From NCBI RefSeq assembly GCF_001194135.2, contig NC_068995.1:15911125-15974583 (forward strand): a stretch of DNA of 63,459 nucleotides. The letters run 5' to 3'. The stretch comes from Octopus bimaculoides. Its lineage: Eukaryota. The notes under the pieces are model-generated. The model had not been told where the DNA came from and searched no databases. It saw only the letters and a list, made by a program, of their open reading frames with translations. How positions within the stretch are numbered: the stretch's first letter is position 1; each line of letters opens with the position of its first letter. Below are positions 37,739 to 50,000 of the stretch, piece by piece. The position numbers were made by a program, and so were the translations under genes.

Positions 37739-40700
37739 TCCATACATATATATATACATGCGTGTTTGTGTAGCCGTAAGAAAGGGAAAGTATACTGCAT
37801 TGTAATAAAAATGTGAGTGCAGAATTAAATTATAAAGCAAATTCCACTTACCAATATATCACCATTAAATTGTTTGCGTCGGTCTATATCATACTTGATT
37901 TCAAAAATTCCATCCAGAGTTCCATTGTCTGATGGTACATATGTAATTTCAGCTGACTTTATTGAAGGTCGCGAAATTGTTGCATCTGGGTTGGTTTCTG
38001 TTAATGAAATTTCGCCAAAACTTTATTGTTTCCGATTACATAATGAAATGTCGAAATAATATTTGTAACACAGAATGACATCATGCAGTCTGATGAAAAT
38101 AGTAGCCAAATCTCTCGTAATAACACCCTACCGTCTTCAGAACAGATGAACACACGGTATAACAAAATTCTAAATAAACTCTATGGCATGAATAAAGATC
38201 GGATCGCCATGCCTGGGATGTGCTTATCATAGGTCTCGACCAGTTAATAGACAAAGCGATGATTTTCTTGGATGAGGACAGTTACGACGTGCAAGCACGC
38301 GCGCACACAAACACATACATGCATATATACACAGATACATACACACATATATACATACATGCAAGCATGCATACTGCTATGCTGAGAGTTGTGCACAAGT
38401 GTGTAAGAATAGCATTGCCCAAATAAATATTTGGATATGGTTATCTAGGAAAAGACTTTCGAAGAGTAATTATATTCACACAGAAAGCAGTCCATTCTAT
38501 TCCAAACGTAGTTAAGATATTAAAGTAACTCAGTAAACCATACGGACCATTATAATGCAGTCAACTACCACTGTCAACTCCTACTGTAAACTACCCGCGG
38601 TTGAAACAGTTTCTTTATATTAATCAAATGCGTTAGGCCACTTTCAATCACGTGGCGTGGTCAGGATCCCTCTACAATACACCCCCCCCCCCACACACAG
38701 ACACACATACATACACACATAATATAATACGCCACGAAAAAAAAATTGAAGCGGTGGTATCACCTCAGATGATAGCAATATGTGCGATCAAAATTTTGAT
38801 ATAAAATAATAGACACTTAAGTGAATTTAGCATTCTTTGTGTGCTTATGAATAAGTGATATATGAATATTTGATGATGCATTCGCATTATCTTTTTGTTC
38901 TGCCAGAATTTTTTACATACTAGAGTACCACTCTGGAGTAGCGCTCTCAGTTTACTCGCTGACGTCTCAAACACAAAGTCCGTTAGCACTGATTTATGCT
39001 CACAAGAAAATCAGATGAGATAATTCTTCACCTGATCTCACACACATACATAACGAAAAAGCCAATAACCTTTTAATAACCCTATAGATTTTCCTGGTTT
39101 AAAATGGGTTATTAGAAATGTCTTTTATGTACAGTACCCTCATGATAATATTTATACTTAAAACTTGTGTTACTTACAGAAGAGCTATGTATGTTAAGCG
39201 TGTATTTACTAGAGAAGTCATCAAAAATGAATTCCCCCCTGCCCCAAAGAATATTCGCGAGATAATACTCACTTGACTCTGGTGTCACGTCAATGAATGT
39301 TGGATCACTTAAACGTAAAGGTGGCACTCTCAAGATACGAATTTCTTTAGATTCTTCTATATAAACTTGTATTTTTAGATCTTCAACAGGTTGACCGGGA
39401 TTCACGTAGATGGAATGTTCATACAAACCGAGTTTTCTTCTTAACAACTCCTGGTAACGAACTTCGAACGTCACATTTTTCAGAGCAGCAACATTGATAT
39501 TAATCTTGAATTTGTTTGTAGCTCGAGGTCTAAATATTGAATATTGCATAGGATATAGAATTTTGAATAGAATATTGAACACCGCATTATTCAAAGAATA
39601 CATTTACAGAACACTACAGAAGAAAAAAATTGGGCTCGGACTTGTTTCTGCCTCGCCTTCAACTCAAGCAGTTGCTTTATACTGACAAGCCACACAAATG
39701 ACGAAACGTCGATGTCCATCACTCCTAAATGGGACTGAAGGTGAGTTACCTAAGTTGTTTTAACATCGGTGACATAAGAGTTATTTACTCCGCTCCGCCA
39801 TTGTAGCCAATGCAAAATTCAAAAAGCATACACATTAGTATATGTGTTTAATAATATTTGTTACGCTAAAGCTGCTTTTACTTCATATGAATGTGTATAT
39901 CAGTATATAACAATGATATGAGAGGTATTGGTATCCAGAAGGACCAAGATGGCAGGTAAGGCTAATAATACGAGTGGGGAGTCTATTGCGATTCTTGTGT
40001 GAGCATGTATATGTTAAATAAAATGAGACAACAAAGCCAAGGCACTGTGGAATTTATAGGACATGTATAAAGAGAAAGGTAGTCTTACAGCTGTTTCTGG
40101 GATATTAGGGATATCCCTTCATAAGAAACGATGTGAGCAAGTTACGTAGACGGAAATAGTAGAGTTCGATATAAGAAGCTATTTTGGAAAAGATGGATAT
40201 AGGAGGTATAAAGGGAAATAAGAGAATAAATATAAAAAATATATGTAGGATGTTACAGTTGCAGTTCCATTATACTCTTTATTGGTACAGAGGTTTCGAC
40301 TTTTCTGTGCATCCACCGTAAAAAGTAACATAATGATTATTTATAATTTATGTAGAATGCTAGTAATTTTTAGAAAATAGATATTAGTCGATTGTATCAA
40401 TTGATACCTTATTTTGTGTGGGCATTTGTTTGTCTTGTCTTGACTGGTACTTAATTTTATGGAGCCCAGTTTGATGAAAAGCGCAAATAACTTTGATAGT
40501 ATTTGAACTCAGAAAGTAACGCACTGGTACAAATCCATTCATCGCAAATAAGTGTTTCGAATTTTGGTACAAGGCCAGTAAGAGGTTAAGTTGATTAAAA
40601 GGACCCTGGTGCTCAAGTGGCACATATCTCATCGAACCGATCGGATGAAATCCAAAGTCGACCTCGGTGGAAACTTGAACGCTGAACATAAAGAGGCAAA

Positions 40701-43700
40701 CCATCCTACCAGCTTGCCGCCTCTAGGTTAAAAAAGGAAGATGGAAGATTCCTTCTCGAGCCGTAGGATCATTAGGCCGTTTTTCCAGTCTGTCACAGGA
40801 CTATTCACTTTCAAAAGCGGTGTGAGGTAATGTGAAATGATATTTTTGCTCAAAAGCACAATGTAATCACATTCTCTTGATCATGAGCGCAATCCCATAA
40901 CCCCTAAGACACGCGTTTTTACGGCTTCAACCTAACAAATAATAATTAGATATTCATTGATCCATGACGTCGATTTTGAAAACAGCCACTGAATTCAAAT
41001 GAATAAAGAAGCTAAATTCTTTGAGTAGAAGAAATTTCGTTTGAAAAGTGGTTACAAAGAAATCAACGGAATTTGGTCTTTCGGAATAAAAGAAATTACT
41101 AACTTTTTGGCAACATGACCAGCACTTTGACCTTTGCGTTTGGCTTTTTCGTACGCCTTTTTAGCTTCCTCCTTTTCTTTAACTTCACCTGGATATTCAA
41201 CACCATCGATTACCCTGTTTATAAAGAAATACGAAACATGTTATCATTATTCTATAATTTAATAGATAACTACGCTCTCTTTTAACGTCGGTATAAAATA
41301 CTTACATTTTGAAACTGGATATAAATGCCGCTTCTGGTAAGTTGACATTAAAGGTGACTTCTTGAGAATAATTGTTATTATTGGCAACCAAACTTGTAAT
41401 TTGCGTGGTGGCGAATCTCATTCGAATATCTGACTGTATGTGTAAGTGAAGAATATCCGGTGGCTCCGAGTTTACACCCTATAATAAATAGTAAATTATA
41501 TGAAATAGTAAATCATATGAATGCATTTGCAAGTCAGTCATAAAAGCAGTGCTTGATATCTTCCAATCGTAATTATGCAAGCAACGTTTGATAACATTCT
41601 GTGTAGCAATGTTTGATATGTTCTAATGTATGTTGTGCTCAAGAAATATTGATTTCTGATTTGTGTCTAAAAATCTTAAGTTATCGGTTTTCTATTTTGA
41701 TTCGATATGCGACCAAAATTTTGGAGGAAAGATGCAAGATCTATAATAGCAGGGAATTAATTGTAATTAGTTGAATCGATTTCCAAATATCATTGCAGCC
41801 ACTATCAGGAATTATTTCACACACACAGTGGAGAGCAAAATCAAAGTATACCCAAGCATAATTTTGTCTCACAATATTCTGTTATTGCGAAAAGGCCTCA
41901 CATTTTCTAGCATTGGTGTGAACGATTACATCGACCCTATTGCTTGAATGTTACTTAATTTATTGACCACGAAAGAAATAAAGGATGAGACGACCTCTGC
42001 GGAATTTAAATTCACTAATTAAAGACGGACAAAATGCCGCTAAGCCTTTTGTGCAGCGTGGTATTGATTCTACCAGCTCACTACTTTTTGCTATCATAAT
42101 AATAAAGTAACGAAGAATACTTTTCATTCTTCTACTTGAGTTGTGTCAATCGTCTTACTCTTTTTCAGAATAATTCTTTTTATTTTTGGCTCAAGGCCAG
42201 TAGTTTTGGGGGAGAATGCTAGTTAACTATATCAGCCACCGTGCTTGACAGGCACTTATTTTATCGATTTCCTAAGAATAAAAGGTAAGGCTGTCCTTGG
42301 TAGTATTTGAACTCAAGGCATGAAGGGCCAATGGAAATGCAGCTTAGCCATTTGTCTGACGTGCTTACAATTCTTTTCTATTCTAGGTACAAGGCCCAAA
42401 ATTTTGGGGGCCTGTTGATTAGATCGACGCAGTATACAACTGGTACTTAATATAGCTACCCCGAAAGGATCAAAGGCAAAGTCAACCTCAGTGGAATTTG
42501 AACTCAGACAGACGAAATACCGCTAAGCATTTCACCCGGCGCGCTAACGTTTCTGCCAGCTCGACGACTTAACTCTTCTAATACAATAAATGCGAAGACT
42601 AATTTCTGTGTGTCAATGTGTCACACTTTGACACCCTGTCTCACTATTCAATGACGCGTCTACTGTTGATGATGTTTTATTAAAAGTAGTAGTGTTGATA
42701 GTGGCAGTGGGAGTTGTAATAAGAGAGAGAGAGAGAGAAAGAGTGGGTATGTGAGAGAGAGTGACTGAAAACTGAATTCCTTTTCTTAGTACAATCATCC
42801 CTGACCGCCTCGGCTACTACCACCACTACAATCATCACCGCCACCTCCGCCTCTTTCACAACTACAGCTCATACTATTACTATCACTCCGTTACCATCAC
42901 AAAAAGGCTGAACGGTGTGTGTATAGCAGATGTAATGTCTATGGTGGTGGTACTGTTGTTTATCATGCAGTTTTGCAATAATTTCCAAGTCAACAAATGA
43001 TATCATTGTTTTGATGATAATTGTTCATTGCGTGAAAAAGTTTATTAGAATTTTATTTGTACTCAATGCATGAAGTGTCATTATTAGGCCCAAGGCCTAG
43101 TAAAGAGTTCTCCACAGGAGCTAGCTCAAAAGCTGCCCGACAGGACGGCCTTTAATCTACTCCAAACTATCCACAATTGCTGTTCCCGTTCACCTACCGC
43201 GTGATTCATTATGCCTGGTTAACTTGATTTCTTTCTCCGAGCTAGAGAAAAATATAAAGGATCAAGAACAATGACCTTTCTTCACACCTTATACTTTTAA
43301 AGAAAGTGTGTCACGAGCTGCTAAGTTATGGTTATGTATGTACCTGTGACGGCAGGGCTAAAATATAAATGGCGGAAAATATGTCGAAAGAACATTTTTT
43401 TTTCGTCTTAAAAGATTAAAACACGATTTACGTTTGAAAGTTTACACCATTTTATTCTAGATTAATTTAATAGTGGAGTTCATAAATTTTTATAAGCAAG
43501 CCTTAACCTTAAGAGTCCCGCCGTTCGCCTGGGAAAGAGTGGGACAAATGATTATATATACTTACATATTTTCTTTCCCTCTCTCAGACTGAGAAATATG
43601 TGATACGTGAATACTCTTTTCTCACCGTGCAGTAACACCTATCCAAATTTAATCACCTTATTGAATAAAATTTTTGCCGCAGCAGATCATTAGTAGTTTT

Positions 43701-46555
43701 TATCCTAGATGTCTAGTTTATTGGATTCCTTAATGTATATTATCTAGGATTATTCTTCTGTTGGAATGCACATTTCCAATTAAATTATATTTCATTAGAA
43801 ATCTTTTGTAATAAGGAGAAAAAGCGCTCTGAATAATACTGATGATATTGATTATCACCGCAAAAGACGTTTGAAATTGTAACTGCAATCGCACAAGGGT
43901 GAATGGCGAGTTGAATCATAATTTCTCGTATTCATCCTTGATACAATAACAAGTTTTTCCTTATGTTTACCTTTTTTGACAATGCAGCCGCCATCATATG
44001 TTCTTGTAAGTTATTCTTGTTTACAAGAACATCCTACTACGTACAAGGCCTAGTGCAAGCAGCTACCAATAATGCGACGAGCGGGCAGAAACGTTAGGGA
44101 GCTAGGCAAAGTTCTTAGCGGTATTTCGTCCATCTTTACGTTCTGAGTTCTTTTTCCACTGAAGTCCACTGTACTTTTTGTATTTCCCGAGTCGATAAAA
44201 TAAGTACCAGTTGAGCGCTGGGGTCGATGTAATCGACTTACTCCTTTGCCGAAATTTTGCTGACCTTGAGCCAAAATTTGAATGCACTATTACAAAACAA
44301 ATCTTCTCAAACGTAAAAACATAGGGAATACCCTCTATCAAAATAACAGCTATTTAGAAACGACATTGAATTATTGTCCAACGTATTTTTATCCTCAAAG
44401 GAATCAACAGGCTTATAACTGACTGCTTCTCTATCAAATGCTTTGACAACTTCCGTATTTAAAAACTCAAGCAAAGCATTGATAACGGACTTTTTTTTCT
44501 AGGTATGTGAAATTCACAAGATATGCTAATATATCTGAAACAGAATTTATCATTTGGCATTCAATCTTTAATTTACAACATATTGATTCTACCATCAAAA
44601 TCAAGTTGCACCCACCCTTTGGTATGAAGTAGAAAAACCAATCTGGTCTTCGTCCTGTTAATTGTGTAGTTCGATAATCAGGATCAGCCTCACTAACATC
44701 AATCGCTTCCAGAATGAAGAATGAATCCTTACTATATTTACGATAGGAGCTTTGCCAGCTTTCGTTAAGATATAAAATACTACTTGAAAATTTCTGAGAA
44801 GCATAATAGTATTGATACCAAAGGGTATTGGTTTTTCTTTTTATTTCAAAAGATTATGAAATATATATCAAAACAGATAAAATCGTTACATTCAATAATT
44901 TCCGTCAGCTTTCTATCGACAGTTTTACTAACAGATTCCCTGATAATGGAAGTTTCAGCTTGGACATTTGAGTGAGCTGTAAAACAATACTGGAACTTTT
45001 GAAGGCATTGCCGTAAGAACTAGCTAACCCATGTATGTTTTCATGAATTCAGGCTTCTTTCAGGAGGCATATGTCCTGTAGTTTTTAGGGTCATAAAATA
45101 TAATTAATTTAGGGAGTTGCTCCGTACGGTATCCATTAATGCATGAATATTATGTCATGTTATTCATTCACTGTTTCTTTAACACTGTTTCCTTGTTTTT
45201 TTGAAGTTTGTTGTCACAATTTACAGGTGATGCATCCGTTTCTGATGAAACTGGTACTGTTAGCCTAAAAATAAACTGTCGAAAAGAAGCTCCATTTTGG
45301 AGATATAAAGTTTGCGAAAGATTAATGCCACTTTTTCTTCACCTGTTCTTTATCCTTATTAATACGCGGCTTAAGGCGGGGAACCGGCAGAATCGTTAGC
45401 ACACCGGAAAAAAATGCTTAGCGGCATTTCGTCCGTCCTTACGTTCTGAGTTCAAATTCCGCCGAACTCGTCTTTGCTTTTCATCTTTTTGGGGTCGATA
45501 AATTAAGTACCAATGAAACACTGGGGTCGATGCAATTGACTAGTCCCCTCCACCAAAATTTCAGGCCTTGTACCTATAGTAGAAAGGATTATTATTAAGG
45601 CGGCAAACTGGCAGAATCATTAGCAGGCCAGACGAAATGCTTAGTGGCACTTCATCTGCCACTACGTTCTGAGTTCAAATTCCACCGCAGTCGACTTTGC
45701 CTTTCAATTTTTTTCGGGGTCGATAAATTAAGTACCGCTCTCCTAAAATTGCTGACCTTGTGCCAAAATTTGAAACAATTATTAGTGTATTGTATTCGTA
45801 GCTCATCTGTTTCGGATGCCAAATTCGAGATATAGAACACATTCCAAATTCACAGATGCCAGTCGTGCTTCCATCAAAAATAAGCAACCGGTGAAATGAG
45901 AGCCATACAAAAGTTGCTTCCCTGTATGTCTCCATTCGCTGTCTCCCAACAGTTTGGAACCTCTAAAACGTGTATATTTTGCTATGTTTAGAAAACAAAA
46001 ATGTCATACACATATTTTATTATTCAGAATAGCAAGAGATTACAAAGCATATTCACACGTCTGGTTATCCATATTGTTATCATTTGCGTTATCAAACATA
46101 AACGAAAGGCTTCCGTTCACGATGAAGCTCTGGCACATTTTACACGAATTTACGAAAAGTCACACGCAATGAACTTATTTGTAATTCATTTTCTAGAAAA
46201 TACTCCATTCTTCTTACAATTTTTATAAATAAAAGTGATGTAGCAAGAAGTATTACATTTAAAGGTGAAAACACATATTGTATATGTATATACACACACA
46301 AACACACACACACACACACACACACGCGCAACGTTTGTATATATGTAATCAGTATATATATATGCATACACATATAAGCACGTACACGCAAACCCATACA
46401 CACACACGCACGCTCACATACACATACATATACATACACACGATAAATAGAACAACGTTCGCTGGGACGACGCGGATCTTTACCTCCCTGTTGACAACTG
46501 TATGTAATAAATATAGTACTATGAACATGAGGCTCGTCTTAATACTGCCTCGCAT
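15657..46555 (-). CDS. ITIH: Inter-alpha-trypsin inhibitor heavy chain-like gene (VIT + vWA + ITI_HC_C); 11 coding exons resolved, 3' terminal exon not resolved
   Basis: Exons 46484-46555, 41306-41478, 41104-41214, 39273-39529, 37852-37997, 35511-35796, 30598-30962, 27431-27775, 25110-25245, 19759-19875 and 15657-16016 join in one open frame with GT-AG sites and consistent phases. Family motifs: [54 protein letters not shown]. Paralogue number (ITIH3/4-like etc.) cannot be assigned. Confidence 0.95.
16114..17526 (+). mobile_element. 5'-truncated Dong/R4-clade LINE, antisense in ITIH intron 10; centre lost in an N gap
   Basis: [30 protein letters not shown]...[28 protein letters not shown]; after the gap IPIIVGALG...[20 protein letters not shown] and a short 3' UTR; (TAA)n on both sides. 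Confidence 0.9.
19759..19875 (-). CDS. ITIH: ITIH exon 10 with GDPH site ([38 protein letters not shown])
   Basis: ttccag| acceptor, C|gtaag donor, phase 1/1; matches the ITIH DPHFII...LCF...PG..L.L..DP pattern. Not in the ORF track. Confidence 0.93.
20248..20672. mobile_element. Older MITE-like inverted repeat (arms of about 90 bp) spanning an N gap
   Basis: 20248-20339 versus reverse complement of 20584-20672 (ttcaatt..ccttc...tggttagc..ttt.accaac...taatcaattatttga.taatcat). Confidence 0.65.
25110..25245 (-). CDS. ITIH: ITIH exon 9 ([45 protein letters not shown])
   Basis: ttcag| acceptor, G|gtatgc donor; FVTP.TSM.VVKP motif. Confidence 0.95.
26000..27240 (+). mobile_element. RTE-clade LINE fragments (degenerate), antisense in ITIH intron 8
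   Basis: [13 protein letters not shown]...[12 protein letters not shown]; [17 protein letters not shown]...[13 protein letters not shown]; [41 protein letters not shown]. Confidence 0.85.
27431..27775 (-). CDS. ITIH: ITIH exon 8 ([26 protein letters not shown]...[18 protein letters not shown]...[10 protein letters not shown])
   Basis: tacag| acceptor, |gtaag donor, 345 nt, phase 0/0; YF.G.E.VIAG and LWAYLTI.Q motifs. Confidence 0.96.
30598..30962 (-). CDS. ITIH: ITIH exon 7, vWA ([10 protein letters not shown]...IIVFLTDG...[21 protein letters not shown]...[20 protein letters not shown])
   Basis: aacag| acceptor, AAT|gtacgt donor; supplies the MIDAS Thr and Asp. Confidence 0.96.
32190..33220 (-). 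mobile_element. Degenerate mariner-family transposon
   Basis: NNARPHT and [13 protein letters not shown] (cf. HDNARPH, PPYSPDLAPSD); mariner-like TIR tattgggttggccaaaa on the minus strand at about 33204-33220. Confidence 0.8.
33983..34365. mobile_element. MITE-like element with imperfect TIRs of about 100 bp
   Basis: ccttgatacga..tag.tgtaa.agcgggcgagatg at 33992-34027 and its reverse complement at 34321-34356; similarity extends inward to about 34080/34268. Confidence 0.75.
34633..34885. repeat. Fold-back element: about 115-bp inverted arms with a loop of about 23 nt
   Basis: 34633-34747 is the reverse complement of 34771-34885 with about 4 mismatches. Confidence 0.95.
35511..35796 (-). CDS. 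ITIH: ITIH exon 6, vWA start with MIDAS DxSxS ([40 protein letters not shown]...RKASG)
   Basis: [10 protein letters not shown] and ILDTSGSM motifs; ggcag| acceptor, |gtaag donor. Confidence 0.97.
37852..37997 (-). CDS. ITIH: ITIH exon 5 ([48 protein letters not shown])
   Basis: aacag| acceptor, |gtaag donor, phase 1/0; G.F.I.YDI motif. Confidence 0.9.
39273..39529 (-). CDS. ITIH: ITIH exon 4 ([59 protein letters not shown]...DVTPES)
   Basis: tttag| acceptor, |gtgagt donor; YQELL.R..G.YE and PGQ.V.D motifs. Confidence 0.95.
41104..41214 (-). CDS. ITIH: ITIH exon 3, VIT ([36 protein letters not shown])
   Basis: aacag| acceptor, |gttagt donor, phase 2/2; G.VKEK..A...Y..A...G.SAG motif. Confidence 0.93.
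41306..41478 (-). CDS. ITIH: ITIH exon 2, VIT domain start ([57 protein letters not shown])
   Basis: tatag| acceptor, |gtaag donor; RFATT...[10 protein letters not shown] is the VIT signature. Not in the ORF track. Confidence 0.93.
41905..42570 (-). repeat. SINE family A, three tandem minus-orientation copies
   Basis: Repeated tcgaccc..aaaggatgaaaggcaaagtc.acctc..ggaatttgaactc...ccgctaagcattt. Other minus copies at about 5420-5785, 17625-17762, 40565-40730, 51760-52080, 53105-53400. Confidence 0.8.
45370..45785 (+). repeat. tRNA-derived SINE family A, two head-to-tail copies
   Basis: Head ggcgg..ctggcagaatcgttagc (A box) ...gagttcaaattcc (B box), body gtcgactttgcctttcatc..ggggtcgat; (ATT)n at the junctions. 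Other plus copies at about 6826-7025, 10855-10980, 11061-11150, 21280-21465, 44075-44285. Confidence 0.8.
46484..46555 (-). CDS. ITIH: ITIH coding exon 1 (signal peptide) [24 protein letters not shown]
   Basis: ATG at 46555; basic n-region plus hydrophobic core; phase-0 donor GAG|GTAAAG matches the phase-0 start of the next exon; strong upstream acceptor (ttctctttcctctctcag) at 46609-46610. Confidence 0.75.
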
Positions 46556-46608
46556 TCTAACAGCAACCACGTTCAGGGTAGACAATTCTAATTCTACTCT
46601 TGTAATTT
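46556..46608 (-). other. 5' UTR portion of the first coding exon; implies an upstream non-coding exon
   Basis: Polypyrimidine tract plus AG at 46609-46630; no ATG between the acceptor and 46555. Confidence 0.55.
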
Positions 46609-46999
46609 CTGAGAGAGGAAAGAGAATAATGTGTACTTTGCTTAAGTGGACTGAGATTTGATGGGTTTGTACAAAAAGCAGATAAATAGATCGACTCTTT
46701 CAAGGGTCACACAACAAGAAAGAGAAAGCGGGGACATGAAAAAGTGGGAAGAAAGGGTGAGATAGGGATGTGTGAGGAAAGAAAGAGAGTATTGGACACT
46801 AGGCGTGGTTGTGTTGTAAAAAGCTTGCTTCCCAACCACATGGTTCGGGGTTCGGTCTCAATGCGTGGCACCTTGGACAGATGTTTCTTACTATAGCTTC
46901 GGATCGCCCAGAGCCTTGTCAGTAGATTTGGTGGACGGAAACTTAAAGAAAACCTTCTTATACACACACACACAGGCACACACAAACACACACGTACAC

Positions 47000-47085
<86 letters not shown>

Positions 47086-50000
47086 CATGTCTTTGTTTAT
47101 CCCTCCACCACCGCTTGACAACCGGTTCTGGAGTGTTTGCGTCCCAATAACATAGCAGTTCGGCAAAAAGAGATCAATGAAATGAGTATCAGGCTTCCTA
47201 TCGGAATATACAAAGCTATTTCGATAAACTGATAATTGAAAAAATACACTAAGACAGCAGTAGATAGATTGATAGATGGGAAGAGTGCAAAAATCTTGTG
47301 CATCAGTAACGAATAAATTGTCGAATCAGAGTGTTTATTATGCAACCACTGCGTAGGCGTGCGCGTGAGTTGGTGTGTTTAGATGAAAGCACTGACGAGG
47401 TAAATCGATAAGATTATGCATTTTGACCAAACGATATTGAAATCTTATCAGTCCTTTTACAGAAACACGTATATGTTTTATAAAGCCTGGAACACAACTT
47501 AGGTTTTTCCTGCATTATATATATATATATATATATATNNNNNNNNNNNNNNNNNNNNNNNNNNNNNNNNNNNNNNNNNNNNNNNNNNNNNNNNNNNNNN
47601 NNNNNNNNNNNNNNNNNNNNNNNNNNNNNNNNNNNNNNNNNNNNNNNNNNNNNNNNNNNNNNNNNNNNNNNNNNNNNNNNNNNNNNNNNNNNNNNNNNNN
47701 NNNNNNNNNNNNNNNNNNNNNNNNNNNNNNNNNNNNNNNNNNNNNNNNNNNNNNNNNNNNNNNNNNNNNNNNNNNNNNNNNNNNNNNNNNNNNNNNNNNN
47801 NNNNNNNNNNNNNNNNNNNNNNNNNNNNNNNNNNNNNNNNNNNNNNNNNNNNNNNNNNNNNNNNNNNNNNNNNNNNNNNNNNNNNNNNNNNNNNNNNNNN
47901 NNNNNNNNNNATATATATATATATATACATATAGGTTTTAAGTCAAGGCCGTTAAAAATTTACCGATAAACGCTAAAATTGCCCACACGGAGCAATAGTA
48001 CCGCTGGATAGTGTTTTCCACTTCTTGACATGCATGCATCAATATATGTGTGTGTGCATGTATTTCTATATACATACATACATAATATAATTATGCTAGT
48101 ATTTTTACATAAATATATATCTACATGATTATATATATAATCAATCACGGGCATATAAATACGAACAGGTATATACACATACACACATGTATATACTCTT
48201 TACTCTCTTTTACTCTTTCATGTGTGTATATATATATATATNNNNNNNNNNNNNNNNNNNNNNNNNNNNNNNNNNNNNNNNNNNNNNNNNNNNNNNNNNN
48301 NNNNNNNNNNNNNNNNNNNNNNNNNNNNNNNNNNNNNNNNNNNNNNNNNNNNNNNNNNNNNNNNNNNNNNNNNNNNNNNNNNNNNNNNNNNNNNNNNNNN
48401 NNNNNNNNNNNNNNNNNNNNNNNNNNNNNNNNNNNNNNNNNNNNNNNNNNNNNNNNNNNNNNNNNNNNNNNNNNNNNNNNNNNNNNNNNNNNNNNNNNNN
48501 NNNNNNNNNNNNNNNNNNNNNNNNNNNNNNNNNNNNNNNNNNNNNNNNNNNNNNNNNNNNNNNNNNNNNNNNNNNNNNNNNNNNNNNNNNNNNNNNNNNN
48601 NNNNNNNNNNNNNNNNNNNNNNNNNNNNNNNNNNNNNNNNNNNNNNNNNNNNNNNNNNNNNNNNNNNNNNNNNNNNNNNNNNNNNNNNNNNNNNNNNNNN
48701 NNNNNNNNNNNNNNNNNNNNNNNNNNNNNNNNNNNNNNNNNNNNNNNNNNNNNNNNNNNNNNNNNNNNNNNNNNNNNNNNNNNNNNNNNNNNNNNNNNNN
48801 NNNNNNNNNNNNNNNNNNNNNNNNNNNNNNNNNNNNNNNNNNNNNNNNNNNNNNNNNNNNNNNNNNNNNNNNNNNNNNNNNNNNNNNNNNNNNNNNNNNN
48901 NNNNNNNNNNNNNNNNNNNNNNNNNNNNNNNNNNNNNNNNNNNNNNNNNNNNNNNNNNNNNNNNNNNNNNNNNNNNNNNNNNNNNNNNNNNNNNNNNNNN
49001 NNNNNNNNNNNNNNNNNNNNNNNNNNNTATATATATATATATATGTATATATATGTACATGTATATAGACGTTCCGCTATGTGTATATGCATGCGCATGT
49101 TGTATAGTCGCTTTTGTACGTGTCTGTGTATACGTCTGTGTGTATGCGTTCATATCTGTGCTTGCGTATGTGTTCGTGCACTCTCGGTTATTTCTCTTTG
49201 TATGCGGATCTATGTTTTGTAGTAAATAGAATTATAAGACATCACCGTATATTGACTATATATATTAGTCTAATATTAGAGCATATAAAACACGGTAGTT
49301 GAAAAAAAATTGGGTATTTGTACGCATGGGAATCGAACTCAATTTTCTTATTTTCATTATAAGTGCGTTGACCGATTACACGTACCTAGTTAAATTTAGA
49401 AATAATGATTTCATATTACGTAATACGTAAACACGTGGAAATTACTGCATGAATGATGGGGATTGGAATTTTGTAAATAAAAATATAAGTACGTGTGTTT
49501 AGTATTATTGACATAATTACTCTCCCTAGATACAAGATTCATACATACATACATACATATATATANNNNNNNNNNNNNNNNNNNNNNNNNNNNNNNNNNN
49601 NNNNNNNNNNNNNNNNNNNNNNNNNNNNNNNNNNNNNNNNNNNNNNNNNNNNNNNNNNNNNNNNNNNNNNNNNNNNNNNNNNNNNNNNNNNNNNNNNNNN
49701 NNNNNNNNNNNNNNNNNNNNNNNNNNNNNNNNNNNNNNNNNNNNNNNNNNNNNNNNNNNNNNNNNNNNNNNNNNNNNNNNNNNNNNNNNNNNNNNNNNNN
49801 NNNNNNNNNNNNNNNNNNNNNNNNNNNNNNNNNNNNNNNNNNNNNNNNNNNNNNNNNNNNNNNNNNNNNNNNNNNNNNNNNNNNNNNNNNNNNNNNNNNN
49901 NNNNNNNNNNNNNNNNNNNNNNNNNNNNNNNNNNNNNNNNNNNNNNNNNNNNNNNNNNNNNNNNNNNNNNNNNNNNNNNNNNNNNNNNNNNNNNNNNNNN

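Noticed and set aside
19826-39484. Hexapeptide LKNVTF occurs twice in ITIH (exons 4 and 10)
   Set aside because: Surrounding sequence is unrelated; probably coincidence around an N-glycosylation sequon.
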